From a virus: a stretch of DNA of 64,000 nt. A model generated the notes under the pieces. The model was not told the origin of the DNA. It did not search any database and saw only the letters and a program-made list of their open reading frames with translations. This document shows, one piece after another, positions 45,235-55,726 of this stretch; positions within the stretch are counted from its first letter, which is position 1, and each line of letters begins with the position of its first letter. The translations under genes were made by a program, and so were the position numbers. Location: positions 51,250 through 115,249 of the IMG/VR virus record IMGVR_UViG_3300042868_004707. One strand, given 5' to 3'.

Positions 45235-47188
45235 TATAATAGTGTACGATATTGAGACCATGCAAGAACTATTCTTAATAGTTTGTATGATTCCTGGTAA
45301 AGTGGGTAAAAGCTTTCAAGTATCTAAATGGAAAAACGAATTAGATAAGTTTGTTAGATATACAGAAGCACACCCTGATGCTTATTGGGTTGGTTATAAT
45401 AATTTACGCTTTGACAGTCAAGTTGTTGAATGGATCTTAAGAAACTATGACAATTGGCATGAGCTAAGCAATTTAGAAATCACTGCACGCATAGCACAAA
45501 AAGCTGCTGATGTTATTCATGATGCTAACTATGATGTGTTTCCTGAATATAGAGAGCACGAACTATCCCTTAAGCAAATAGACTTATTCAAAATTTCACA
45601 TTTCGATAATAAAAATCGGTTGGTTTCATTGAAGAGACTAGAGTTTGAGATGGATCTTGAGAACATTGAAGAAATGCCTATTCATCATACTAAAACAAAT
45701 ATGACTAAGGAAGAGATAGAACTCACCATAGACTATTGTTTTAATGATGTTGATGCAACTTATGAATTCTATAAAGTGACAACTGGTGATACTGAACACC
45801 CACTTTACAAAGGAAACAATCAAATAGAACTTCGAAGAGATATTGAAACTGAGTTTGGTATTCCATGTCTTAACTATTCAGATAGTAAGATAGGTGATGA
45901 AATAATCAAGAAGTACTATTGTCAAGAGAAAGGTATTGACTATAGAGAACTTCCTAGAAAAGGATATTTCAGAAAGAACATAGATCTTAAGAAGTGCATT
46001 GCTAAATATGTTGTCTTTGAGACACCAGAACTTAGTGATTTCTTAAAAAGAATAAAGAAGACCCAGTTAGGTCTTCAAGATGATTTCAAAGAAGAACTGC
46101 ATTTCTATGGAAATGTGTATTCTTTTATGAAAGGAGGTCTTCATACAGAGAACAAACCTAAAATGTTTGAGGCTGATGAAGAGTGTGAGATAATCGATTG
46201 GGATGTTAGTTCCTACTATCCAGCCATCATCATCAATAATGGGCAATTTCCTGCTCATTTAGGAAAAGAATTCCTTAGGGGATACAAACAGATGTTTGAT
46301 AAAAGATTGGAGCTTAAACCACTTGCAAAGAAAGACAAAAAGATTAAAGGAATCGTAGGAGCCCTTAAACTTGCAGTTAACTCTGTATATGGTAAATCAT
46401 CTGATATGCAATCATGGATTTACGATAGGCAACTCACTATGTTCACCACAATAACTGGTGAGCTTAGTTTGATGATGCTTATTGAACAATATGAATTGAA
46501 TGGCATACAGGTGATCTCTGCAAATACAGATGGTGTAACTATCAAGATTAAGAAAGAACTGATTCCATTAATGCATAAGCTTAATGAATGGTGGTGTAAT
46601 CTAACTCAATATGAGTTAGAACGAACTGACTATTCCAAGATTATCTTTAGTACGGTGAATGATTACTTAGCAATTATGACTAATGGAGAAATTAAAAAGA
46701 AAGGTGATTTCCTTACTGACTTTGAGTTACATAAGAACAAATCAGCCAGAGTGGTTCCTATTGCTCTTGAGCAGTGGTTTGTACATAACATTCCTGTTGA
46801 GCATACGATACGCAATCATAAAAATCTTTATGATTTTTGTATAAGACAGAAAGCAACTAGAAGTTTCCATTATGAAGGAACTAATAGATCTACAGGAGAA
46901 GTTACAATGTACAATAAGTTAATCAGATATTATGTGTCTAACACTGGTGAGAAGATATTTAAGGTGAAAAATCCTGAATGTCAAACTAGAGCTGCTGCTA
47001 TTAGTCAAGTGGAAGCTGGTGAATGGGTGTGTGAAGTGCGTAACTTCTTACCAAAGAATTCACCTATTGACAATGTTAATTATGATTATTATATTGAAAA
47101 AGCTAATAGGATGGTGAACAAGATTGCCACTGAAGGTAAAAGAATAAAAACAGTGTATATTCCTAATCAATTAAATCTATTTGAATGA
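45221..47188 (+). CDS. polB: DNA polymerase, family B (crAss-type)
   Basis: Exo YDIET, GYNNLRFD, YCFNDV; pol DVSSYYP, KLAVNSVYGK, ANTDG. Confidence 0.92.
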   Translation: MKENNIIVYDIETMQELFLIVCMIPGKVGKSFQVSKWKNELDKFVRYTEAHPDAYWVGYNNLRFDSQVVEWILRNYDNWHELSNLEITARIAQKAADVIHDANYDVFPEYREHELSLKQIDLFKISHFDNKNRLVSLKRLEFEMDLENIEEMPIHHTKTNMTKEEIELTIDYCFNDVDATYEFYKVTTGDTEHPLYKGNNQIELRRDIETEFGIPCLNYSDSKIGDEIIKKYYCQEKGIDYRELPRKGYFRKNIDLKKCIAKYVVFETPELSDFLKRIKKTQLGLQDDFKEELHFYGNVYSFMKGGLHTENKPKMFEADEECEIIDWDVSSYYPAIIINNGQFPAHLGKEFLRGYKQMFDKRLELKPLAKKDKKIKGIVGALKLAVNSVYGKSSDMQSWIYDRQLTMFTTITGELSLMMLIEQYELNGIQVISANTDGVTIKIKKELIPLMHKLNEWWCNLTQYELERTDYSKIIFSTVNDYLAIMTNGEIKKKGDFLTDFELHKNKSARVVPIALEQWFVHNIPVEHTIRNHKNLYDFCIRQKATRSFHYEGTNRSTGEVTMYNKLIRYYVSNTGEKIFKVKNPECQTRAAAISQVEAGEWVCEVRNFLPKNSPIDNVNYDYYIEKANRMVNKIATEGKRIKTVYIPNQLNLFE

Positions 47189-47442
47189 AAGCAAAAGTGA
47201 ATCGAACAAACATTTCTGAACATTTAGTTGAATATCAACTAAAAATAGTAGGAAAGACACTCCTAGATATAGAGAGTGATGAAGATTGGTATTATAATAA
47301 TACTATGACAGAAGAACAACATGAGGAATTCAAGCGTTATGCTATTCCTCTACTAAAGAAGATTTTTAAATTTAACAAAGGAAAAGCTGAACAAACATTT
47401 CAATGGTTTGATTTGCAGTTCGGGTTGAGAATCAAAAATTAA
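47185..47442 (+). CDS. Hypothetical protein
   Basis: 85 aa coupled to polB. Confidence 0.6.
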   Translation: MKAKVNRTNISEHLVEYQLKIVGKTLLDIESDEDWYYNNTMTEEQHEEFKRYAIPLLKKIFKFNKGKAEQTFQWFDLQFGLRIKN

Positions 47443-47446
47443 AATT

Positions 47447-47707
47447 ATGACAACATCTAACATTATTGTAGTAGGATTTATATTGGCATTATTGTCAATA
47501 CTAAGTTTTATGTTACTAAAAAATTCCAGTAAGGAATATCCTGAAGAAGAACGAGGTCCTAAATTTGAACCCAGAAAGATTACTTTTCTACATTGTACAG
47601 ACGCTGATCTAATTGAAAAGCCTAAAAGAAAGTACAAGAAGAAAAGAAAGAAACCTGTTACACAAGTTGAGAAAAAACCTGTTGGAAGACCTAAAAAATC
47701 TGAATAA
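47447..47707 (+). CDS. Membrane-anchored protein with basic tail
   Basis: N-terminal TM; ends KKPVGRPKKSE. Confidence 0.55.
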   Translation: MTTSNIIVVGFILALLSILSFMLLKNSSKEYPEEERGPKFEPRKITFLHCTDADLIEKPKRKYKKKRKKPVTQVEKKPVGRPKKSE

Positions 47708-47922
47708 TGGATTGGATATTGGAAGATTGGGAATATCCTAACGACCATATCTACGCTATGGAAAGAGAACATGATGTTCAAGTGGCATGGCAACAATGGG
47801 AAGAGGAAGAGGAACGTAAGAAACGTTTACCTGCATTAATTAAAATTGTAACACCAATATTAACAGATGAAACTGAACGTAACAGCAGAACAATTCGAGG
47901 AGCTCATCAAAAAAGGTTATAA
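47707..47922 (+). CDS. Hypothetical protein
   Basis: 71 aa. Confidence 0.5.
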   Translation: MDWILEDWEYPNDHIYAMEREHDVQVAWQQWEEEEERKKRLPALIKIVTPILTDETERNSRTIRGAHQKRL

Positions 47923-48496
47923 TTTAGATGTAATATTCTTATTGAAGTTGATAGATGAACAATATGATGTTTCTTCACTATGTGAGGGAAGTATGAAGAT
48001 TGCTTCTATCTATCAGTCTTTGATAAGAAAAGCATTGATAACCAAAGATGATGAAAAGCTTACATTAGTAGGTAAAGATCTTTTAGAATTCATGGATGTA
48101 AAAAGCACTGGGAAGATAATAAAGAGAAAACCTCCAACAACAGATTTTGAAGAGTGGTGGAAAACTTATCCAGGAACTGATTCATTTGAATACAAAGGAA
48201 AGAAATTCACAGGCACCAGATCTGTTAGAAAAGGTAAAGATGAATGTAGACTAAAGTTTGATAAAATTCTATTGGAAGGAGAATATACAGCTGCACAGCT
48301 TATAGATGCTTTAAACTATGAATTGCTACAAAAGAAAGAAACTTCTATAGCTACCAATAGCAATAGAATGACATTCATGCAAAACAGTGTAACTTATTTG
48401 AACCAGAGAGCTTTTGAGGCTTATATTGAATTAATCAACGATGGAGCTAATGTTGATGTAGCACCACAAAAACCAACAGGAGGTACTGATATCTAA
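47867..48496 (+). CDS. Putative replication initiator / helicase loader
   Basis: wHTH-like N-terminus, FEEWWKTYP...TYLNQRAFE; shortly upstream of the helicase. Confidence 0.5.
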   Translation: MKLNVTAEQFEELIKKGYNLDVIFLLKLIDEQYDVSSLCEGSMKIASIYQSLIRKALITKDDEKLTLVGKDLLEFMDVKSTGKIIKRKPPTTDFEEWWKTYPGTDSFEYKGKKFTGTRSVRKGKDECRLKFDKILLEGEYTAAQLIDALNYELLQKKETSIATNSNRMTFMQNSVTYLNQRAFEAYIELINDGANVDVAPQKPTGGTDI

Positions 48497-48750
48497 TGAC
48501 ACTAAAAGAAAAGTTTAAACAATGGTTAGATACTGAGCCAAGACTTCAAATAAGAGAAGTGCAACTTGAAGTTATTGCTGATGAATATGCTTTAAGTTTT
48601 ATTGATTGGTATAACACTTCTGGAACTTGCGATATGTATTTAAGAAGACACTATCCAAAAAATATAACTATGGATGGTTCTCACTATAAAAAAGTTTTAG
48701 AGGTTAATAAAGAACTATTAGAAATCTTTAAAAAAGAAAAAGGATTATGA
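48496..48750 (+). CDS. Hypothetical protein
   Basis: 84 aa ending KELLEIFKKEKGL. Confidence 0.6.
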   Translation: MTLKEKFKQWLDTEPRLQIREVQLEVIADEYALSFIDWYNTSGTCDMYLRRHYPKNITMDGSHYKKVLEVNKELLEIFKKEKGL

Positions 48751-49004
48751 CACCAAAAGAAAAAGCAAAAGAGTTAGTAGATAAATTTAGACCACATTCA
48801 CATTTTTGGGTTCACGATTTGGGTAGACAAAAAGATTATGATATTGAACAACTTGAAAATGCCAAACAATGTGCATTAATAGCAGTTGATGAAATATTAA
48901 AAAGCAAAAAACAAAATATTATTCATTTCTATCGTTGTGGTGATGAATTTTGTGAATGTGGTGGGTATTGGCAAGAAGTTAAACAAGAAATTTTAAACCT
49001 ATGA
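48747..49004 (+). CDS. Hypothetical protein
   Basis: MTPKEKAKELV...AKQCALIAVDEI...YWQEVKQEI. Confidence 0.65.
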   Translation: MTPKEKAKELVDKFRPHSHFWVHDLGRQKDYDIEQLENAKQCALIAVDEILKSKKQNIIHFYRCGDEFCECGGYWQEVKQEILNL

Positions 49005-50065
49005 GTTTTGAACTATTAAATGCAGAAGTTGACAAAGGTCTTAATAGTCTAAATAGAGGAATTCCTATGGGATTTGATCGACTAACTAAATATGTAGGTA
49101 TTCGTAAAGGACTCTATTATCTTATAGGTGGTAACACTGGTTCAGGTAAGACATCTTTTATTGATGATGCATTTGTTCTTAATCCTGTTGATTGGGCTCT
49201 TTCCAAAGAAGGACAGGCTTCAGGTATTAAGGTGAAGGTTTGGTATAGATCTATGGAAAGAAGTAGAACATACAAGATGGCCAAGTGGGTATCTCGTAAG
49301 ATATTTCTAGACCAAGGAATAATTATTCCTGTAGGTAAGTTATTAGGTTGGACTGATAAGCTAACTAAAGACGAACATGATCTTTTTCTTTATTATAAAG
49401 ACTACATAGATCAGCTTAGTGAGATTGTAACTATTATTGATGGACCAGAAAATCCTGTAGGTATAGCAAAAGAATTAAAAACTTATGCTTTACAAAATGG
49501 TAAGATTGAACAATTAGATGAATGGAACAAAATATATGTTCCAGATGATCCAAGTCAAATAACTATGGTTGTTATAGACCACATTGGTCTTCTTAAAACA
49601 ACAAAAGATCAACCAACTAAAAAAGATGCTATTGATAAGATGTCTGATGAACTTAGGTTTGCTAGAGATTTTTATGGATATAGTCCTGTAGTGGTCTCTC
49701 AATTTAACAGATCTATTTCTAATCCAATGAGGATTAAGAATGGAGATGTTGAACCTCAACTAGAAGATTTTAGCGACAGTTCATCAACACAAAATGATGC
49801 TGATGTTGTTATGGCATTATTTGACCCTATGAGGTATAAAGTGGCTGATCCAAGTGGTTATGACCTAGATAAATTGAAAGATGGATATGGAGCTAAATAC
49901 TTCAGAAGTTTGAGACTAATCAAAAATAGCTATGGTGCGGACGACGTGAGAATAGGTATGGCCTTTTTAGGAGAAATAGGAATGTTTCGTGAAATGCCTC
50001 GTAAAAAAGATATTACAGAATCAGACTATACAAATATTACAAATAAAAGTTTCTTTTTGCAATAA
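49001..50065 (+). CDS. DnaB-like (SF4) replicative helicase
   Basis: GGNTGSGKT, SME, VIDHIGL, SQFNR, DFSDSSSTQNDADVV. Confidence 0.88.
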   Translation: MSFELLNAEVDKGLNSLNRGIPMGFDRLTKYVGIRKGLYYLIGGNTGSGKTSFIDDAFVLNPVDWALSKEGQASGIKVKVWYRSMERSRTYKMAKWVSRKIFLDQGIIIPVGKLLGWTDKLTKDEHDLFLYYKDYIDQLSEIVTIIDGPENPVGIAKELKTYALQNGKIEQLDEWNKIYVPDDPSQITMVVIDHIGLLKTTKDQPTKKDAIDKMSDELRFARDFYGYSPVVVSQFNRSISNPMRIKNGDVEPQLEDFSDSSSTQNDADVVMALFDPMRYKVADPSGYDLDKLKDGYGAKYFRSLRLIKNSYGADDVRIGMAFLGEIGMFREMPRKKDITESDYTNITNKSFFLQ

Positions 50066-50125
50066 ATAATAACAATAATATTTGGTAGTATCAAATCTTT
50101 CTTTTATATTTACAAAAAATTTATT

Positions 50126-50803
50126 ATGAAAAAGATTGATATTACCGATTTTATTGGTACGAAACACAATAGACTTACAATACTAAAAGAAGTAGAACCT
50201 ATTTTATATAAAAAAGGAGCAGCTAGAAGAGTATTATGTAAGTGTGATTGTGGTAAAGAGAAAGTTATAGATTTCAACTCTATAAGAACAAGTAAAAGTA
50301 AGTCTTGTGGATGCTTAAGTAAAGAAATATCTACTAAACTACATACTAAACATGGTCTAGCAATGTTATCTACAGGAATAAGACATCCTGACTATTGTAT
50401 TTGGATGAAAATGAAATCAAGATGTTTAAATCCTAATGATAAATCTTACAAAAACTATGGTGGTAGAGGTATTAAAGTTTGTGAATCTTGGCAAAAATCT
50501 TTTACATCATTTATAGATGATATGGGATGGAGACCAAATAACAAATATTCAATAGAACGAATAGACTATAACGAAGACTATTGTCCTGATAACTGTAAAT
50601 GGATTCTTAAATCAGAACAAACTAAAAACTGTAGAAGAGTAAAACTTATTGCTTATAATGGTAAAGAACATTGTCTAACTGATTTATGTAAACTGTTAAA
50701 TTTACCTTATTCTACAATGAGACATAGAGTTTATGATCTTGGTATTCCATTTGAAGAGGCTGCAAAATATCCTCAACATTATAAATTTAAAAAATATGAG
50801 TAA
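50126..50803 (+). CDS. HNH homing endonuclease
   Basis: CKCDCG...SCGC...YKNYGGRGIKVC..W...SIERID...YCPDNCKW; promoter TTTG-N20-TATATTTA at 50081..50112. Confidence 0.85.
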   Translation: MKKIDITDFIGTKHNRLTILKEVEPILYKKGAARRVLCKCDCGKEKVIDFNSIRTSKSKSCGCLSKEISTKLHTKHGLAMLSTGIRHPDYCIWMKMKSRCLNPNDKSYKNYGGRGIKVCESWQKSFTSFIDDMGWRPNNKYSIERIDYNEDYCPDNCKWILKSEQTKNCRRVKLIAYNGKEHCLTDLCKLLNLPYSTMRHRVYDLGIPFEEAAKYPQHYKFKKYE

Positions 50804-51875
50804 AAGTATTAGAGACCTCAGACAGGAGGAATTTGCAAAAGTTTGGCTTAAAAGTAAGCATGGGATACTCTTGCTCGCTCCTAGGTTCGGGAAATGTAGA
50901 ACTAGCATACATGCTTTAGCTAAGCTTAAACCTGAGAGCATATTAATTGCCTATCCAGATAACAAGATTAAAGAATCTTGGCAAGCTGATTTTGAGGAGC
51001 TAGGTTTTGATGACAGCATTGTCACATATACAACCCATCTATCTCTAAAGAAGTATGCTGATCAGAGCTTTGATGTTGTTATTATTGATGAGATACATCT
51101 ATTGAGCGATGCTCAAATAGAAGTGTGTAAGGACCTGTTCGATGTAAATGGACAGATTCTTGGTCTAACTGGTACATTATCCAGTTGGACAGAACGAACC
51201 CTTGAAGAAGAATTAGATCTTCATGTAATAGCTACCTATCCAATTGAAAAAGCAATTGAGGAAGGAGTTATTGTAGATTATGAAATCCATGTTATCAGAG
51301 TGCCATTAGATAATGTTACAATGCAAGATTACAAAGGAAAGCAAAAGACTGAAAAGAAACAGTTTGATGCTCTAACTTGGGTGATTAATAAACTGCAGAA
51401 TAGCGGATCTGATACAATGTTTATGCGTCTTGCTAGAATGAGACTAATACAATCATCATTGGCTAAAGTGAAAGCAACCAAAGCATTACTTGCCAAACAT
51501 GCTGATGAGAGAGTGTTAGTGTTCTGTGGTGTTACCAAGATAGCTGACAACTTAGGAATTCCTTCCTATCATAGCAAATCAACTGAGAAACAACTCTTTG
51601 AGGATTTTGCTGAAGGTAAAGGTAATCACCTGGCTGTTGTGAAGATTGGTAATACAGGTGTTACGTTTTCAAAGTTAAATAGAGTTATAATAAATTCTTT
51701 TGATTCAAATCCTGAAAATCTTACACAAAGAATATTTAGATGTATGGCAATGGATTATGATAATTTAGAAAAAAAAGCGTATATTTGCATTGTTAGTACA
51801 ACAGAACCTATTGAGTTAAAATGGTTATCTAACGCATTAAGTGCATTTGATTCATCAAAAATAAAATATGTATAA
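50796..51875 (+). CDS. Superfamily 2 (DExH) helicase
   Basis: APRFGKC, IIDEIH, GLTGT, QRIFR; start MSKSI at 50796 inferred. Confidence 0.8.
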   Translation: MSKSIRDLRQEEFAKVWLKSKHGILLLAPRFGKCRTSIHALAKLKPESILIAYPDNKIKESWQADFEELGFDDSIVTYTTHLSLKKYADQSFDVVIIDEIHLLSDAQIEVCKDLFDVNGQILGLTGTLSSWTERTLEEELDLHVIATYPIEKAIEEGVIVDYEIHVIRVPLDNVTMQDYKGKQKTEKKQFDALTWVINKLQNSGSDTMFMRLARMRLIQSSLAKVKATKALLAKHADERVLVFCGVTKIADNLGIPSYHSKSTEKQLFEDFAEGKGNHLAVVKIGNTGVTFSKLNRVIINSFDSNPENLTQRIFRCMAMDYDNLEKKAYICIVSTTEPIELKWLSNALSAFDSSKIKYV

Positions 51876-52641
51876 AATTTATTATTTAACGTCAGAAGAA
51901 GATTTTAATGTACCAATGTATGTTGGAATGACTAAACTTGACCTAAATAAAAGATTAAAACAACATTTAGTAAAAAGAAATAATCGTAATAAAAATAATA
52001 TATGGAAAAATAAAAGAGACAACAAAATTACAATACATCTGATTGAAGATAATATTTCAGATTTTAAAACTTGTGTAAGATCAGAATTATTCTGGATAAA
52101 CTTTTGGAAAAACATTAATCATGATTTAAACAACTCTGTAACATACATGTTAGCAGAACATCCTTATAAAAATTCTATTGAAAATATAAAAAGAAATATA
52201 TCAGAAGGGGTAATTGCTAAAAGATGTAAAAATATAGTAGCATTAGATAAAAATCAAAAATTTTTAAAAGTTTACAGAACTATTAAATCTGCAAGTCTAG
52301 ATTTAAAAATAAAAGAAGAATATATAATTAAAAACTTAAAAAATATAAGTAAGTGTAAAAAGTATGTATTTGTTTATGAAGAAGAGTTTGACAAAACAAA
52401 AGACTATTCATATAAATCATATGTTGCAAAAAATAGAAAGTCACCTATTAAAAAAGCAGAGATAAGTAAAAATTGTAGAAATGCTGTTAAAAAAGAAACC
52501 AAAATAAAAAATATTTTAACAAATGACATTTTAACATTTGATACAAAACAAAAAGCGTCTTCTTTCTTAGGTTTTAGTTCTTCATATTATGATAGACTTA
52601 GGTTAAAAAACAAACCATACAATAATTATATATTATTATAA
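51868..52641 (+). CDS. GIY-YIG homing endonuclease with NUMOD1-like repeats
   Basis: YKIYYL...YVGMT...RLKQH...ELFWI. Confidence 0.8.
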   Translation: MYKIYYLTSEEDFNVPMYVGMTKLDLNKRLKQHLVKRNNRNKNNIWKNKRDNKITIHLIEDNISDFKTCVRSELFWINFWKNINHDLNNSVTYMLAEHPYKNSIENIKRNISEGVIAKRCKNIVALDKNQKFLKVYRTIKSASLDLKIKEEYIIKNLKNISKCKKYVFVYEEEFDKTKDYSYKSYVAKNRKSPIKKAEISKNCRNAVKKETKIKNILTNDILTFDTKQKASSFLGFSSSYYDRLRLKNKPYNNYILL

Positions 52642-52679
52642 ATGTTACAAAATAAAATTAACTATAAAATAACAAATAC

Positions 52680-53351
52680 ATGAGTTCGAAATTAGTTGGC
52701 ATAGTAGGTGCTACGGGAACTGGTAAGTCTACCGCTATCAAGCACTTAAATCCAGAAGAGACGTACATTATCAATGTTGCAAAGAAAGAGCTTCCTTTCA
52801 AAGGATCTGAAAAACTTTACAACACAGAAAACAAAAATTACAAAGAAATAGATGATGCTAATGAGATTTCTCGTTTGTTAAAAACTATCTCTGAAAAAGC
52901 TCCTCACATTAAACAAGTGATTCTTGAGGATAGTAATTATGTAATGGGCTTCACAATGCTTGATAAAGCAACTGAAAAAGGTTATGAAAAATTCAGTTTG
53001 ATGGCAAAAGACACTGTTACAATGATTAAAACTGCTAGACAGTTAAGAGATGATTTGACTGTTTTCTATTTTTCTCATCCTGATACTATTGAAGATAGTG
53101 GAGAGATTATTGGATACAAAATGAAAACATCAGGAAAACTTATAGATTCTCAAATAAATCTTGAAGGACTATTTACAGTGGTGTTATACACTAATGTAGA
53201 AGAGAACAAAGATGGAACTGTGAATTATGAATTTGTAACAAATCGTTACAAAAAGATTCCAGCAAAAAGTCCAGATGGAATGTTTGCAGAAACAAAAATA
53301 CCTAACAACTTACAGTTGGTAGTTGAAACATTAAATGAATATTATAACTAA
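52680..53351 (+). CDS. AAA_24 / Sak4-like P-loop NTPase
   Basis: GATGTGKST, ILED, KMKTSGK, PAKSPDGMF. Confidence 0.8.
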   Translation: MSSKLVGIVGATGTGKSTAIKHLNPEETYIINVAKKELPFKGSEKLYNTENKNYKEIDDANEISRLLKTISEKAPHIKQVILEDSNYVMGFTMLDKATEKGYEKFSLMAKDTVTMIKTARQLRDDLTVFYFSHPDTIEDSGEIIGYKMKTSGKLIDSQINLEGLFTVVLYTNVEENKDGTVNYEFVTNRYKKIPAKSPDGMFAETKIPNNLQLVVETLNEYYN

Positions 53352-53363
53352 AAACCAAAAATC

Positions 53364-53633
53364 ATGAATGAAGTTGCACAAGCAAGGCCAGTAGAATTAA
53401 ATGAATGCGTAAAACAACCAATAGATTATAGACCATCTAGAAATGAATGTCTTAGAGATTATTCAATTAATATTGAATTTTTATCAGTAGGATGTGTAAT
53501 TAGAGTGGGATGTAAATCAGTTCCTTTCTCAACAGTGAAAGAAGGAATGAAAGCATTGAACGATTATGTAGCTAATCCATATGAAACTAGAAAGATCTGG
53601 GAAGAAAGATTTAACAAAGAAGAAGAATTATAA
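53364..53633 (+). CDS. Hypothetical protein
   Basis: GCVIRVGCKSVPF. Confidence 0.6.
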   Translation: MNEVAQARPVELNECVKQPIDYRPSRNECLRDYSINIEFLSVGCVIRVGCKSVPFSTVKEGMKALNDYVANPYETRKIWEERFNKEEEL

Positions 53634-53654
53634 ACTAAATTAAATTAAATTACA

Positions 53655-54527
53655 ATGAGTAGTATCGGAGGAAAAAAGAGAGAAAACACAGGTGGTGGAG
53701 ATTTCGGAAAAAAAGTGGGATTATTTGAGTGCAACGTAATTGCAATTAATCCAACATTAGAAGAGTTTAAAGATGTTCTTGGTATGGATCTTAAAGAAGA
53801 CAGCAAAGCTGCTGAGTATTTAGGTGATACTAAAGATGGAAATAGCTATCTTCGTATTGATGTTTGGTTACAGAAGGTTAATTCTGATGACAAGTTTAAA
53901 ACATCATTCTTCTTAGAAGATAAAGAAAGAGAAAACAAAGATGGTACTAAGAAACAATATATCAATTCTATTGGTATGTGTTCTTGGGCTGCAGATGAAA
54001 ATGATCTTGCTGAATGGTTTACAAAAGGAAGAGATTATCGTGTAGCATATACAGGTGAAGAAGATTTCTACAATTTCATGCGTACATGGTTGAGTGAATT
54101 AGATTATCGTGATGCAGACACTGTTCTACAATTAGAATGGAAGAAGTTGATGAGAGGTAATGTAAAAGATCTTAGAGACCAAGTTGGTGGAGAATGGGCT
54201 AAATCTATTGTTGCTTTAGCTACAGTTATTGTTAAAGAGAGAGATGGAGAGTCTAAAGAATACCAAGGAATCTACAATAAAGCATTCATTGGTGGATATA
54301 CATTAAAACAATTCAGACTTGTTGATTATTCAAGTAAAAAAGTACAAGAAGGTCTTAAGAACAAAAAACCTAAAGATTTAAAAGCTCACGAGAAGTTTGT
54401 TGTAAATGTTACAGGTGAATATGGTTGTAAAGATCACTACATATTAAAAGATCTTCAAGATTACAATCCTGATGATAACTTAGTTGCCTCTGATGCATAT
54501 ATTTCTGAAGATGGTGATGATTATTAA
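53655..54527 (+). CDS. Putative single-stranded DNA-binding protein (crAss-type)
   Basis: VIAINPT motif, acidic C-tail ISEDGDDY; lies between AAA_24 and primase. Confidence 0.55.
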   Translation: MSSIGGKKRENTGGGDFGKKVGLFECNVIAINPTLEEFKDVLGMDLKEDSKAAEYLGDTKDGNSYLRIDVWLQKVNSDDKFKTSFFLEDKERENKDGTKKQYINSIGMCSWAADENDLAEWFTKGRDYRVAYTGEEDFYNFMRTWLSELDYRDADTVLQLEWKKLMRGNVKDLRDQVGGEWAKSIVALATVIVKERDGESKEYQGIYNKAFIGGYTLKQFRLVDYSSKKVQEGLKNKKPKDLKAHEKFVVNVTGEYGCKDHYILKDLQDYNPDDNLVASDAYISEDGDDY

Positions 54528-54548
54528 TTAAATTAATTGTTAATAAAT

Positions 54549-54582
54549 AGCCTCATCAGAAATGGTGAGGCTTTTTTATTTT
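54549..54582 (+). terminator. Intrinsic terminator
   Basis: AGCCTCATC-AGAAAT-GGTGAGGCT-TTTTT. Confidence 0.7.
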
Positions 54583-54588
54583 AAAATT

Positions 54589-55590
54589 ATGATAACAGGA
54601 AGAAAGAAAGTAAAATTAACACCTGATAGTATACTAGAAAAGATATCTGATTATGATATTTACAAGATGTATATGCCACATCAGAATTGGAAAATTAATG
54701 TAGTTACTTATTCTCCTTTTAGAAATGAAAAGAATCCATCATTCATTATAGGATATAGAGGAGGAGCATTAAACTTTATAGATTTTGGAGATTCCAGCAA
54801 GAAAGGTGGATGTTTCAATTTTGTAATGATGTTGTTTAATGTAGGTCTCAATGATGCCTTGTTAATGATTGATAGAGATTTTGACCTAGGGATTATCAGT
54901 GGATCCTCTACAAGAAATTACGAGAGGATTGTTTCTGATTATGCACAACCAACAGCTACATCTAAACGTGAGTATTTCATTCAAGTGAAGACAAGAAAGT
55001 TCACACACGAAGAACTAGCTTATTGGAATGGGTATTATCAAGACATAGATGATCTTAGAGCTAACAATGTGTATTCAATAGACGCAGTGTACCTCAACAA
55101 ACAAAAGTTTCCTATAAAGGATACAGAGTTGAGATTTGGTTATCTATATGAAGGACATTGGAAAATCTACAGACCATTTGCTGACAAGAAGAATAAGTGG
55201 ATGCCTAATAATGTGCCTATTACTATGATGGATGGATTAGATGATATTACAGATTGTGATGTTGCATTCATCAATAAGAGTAAGAAGGATTACATGGTGA
55301 TGAAAAAAGTATTTCCTTGTTGCTGTGCTGTTCAAAATGAAGGAATGGGATGTTTCTCTGAAGAGAACGTAGAATATCTAAAAGAGAACTCAGACAGACA
55401 GATTCTTTCTTTTGACGCAGATGAGGTAGGTGTGAAGAATTCTCAATTGATAACTAAAAAGTTTGATTTTGAGTATTGTAATGTACCAAAGCTCTATTTA
55501 GGAGAAGGCATCAAGGACTGGAGTGACCTTGCTAAGGCACATGGATTAAAAGTTATAGAACAATATTTAACACAAAAAGAACTAATGTGA
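54589..55590 (+). CDS. DNA primase (crAss DnaG-like)
   Basis: SPFRNEKNPSF, KIYRP, KSKKD, TOPRIM FDADEVG, KDWSD. Confidence 0.82.
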   Translation: MITGRKKVKLTPDSILEKISDYDIYKMYMPHQNWKINVVTYSPFRNEKNPSFIIGYRGGALNFIDFGDSSKKGGCFNFVMMLFNVGLNDALLMIDRDFDLGIISGSSTRNYERIVSDYAQPTATSKREYFIQVKTRKFTHEELAYWNGYYQDIDDLRANNVYSIDAVYLNKQKFPIKDTELRFGYLYEGHWKIYRPFADKKNKWMPNNVPITMMDGLDDITDCDVAFINKSKKDYMVMKKVFPCCCAVQNEGMGCFSEENVEYLKENSDRQILSFDADEVGVKNSQLITKKFDFEYCNVPKLYLGEGIKDWSDLAKAHGLKVIEQYLTQKELM

Positions 55591-55726
55591 GAGCAACAGA
55601 TGACGAGTTAGAAATACTCGAAGAGAATATATTAGAAATGTCTAACGAAGATACAACTCTTCCTAATATATGTTTAGAAGATTTAGAAGTAATATTAACC
55701 AAATTCTTTGGAAGAAAAATAACATT

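Noticed and set aside
21071-47188. Inteins or introns in terL or polB
   Set aside because: Both frames are continuous, of normal length, and show no intein splice motifs
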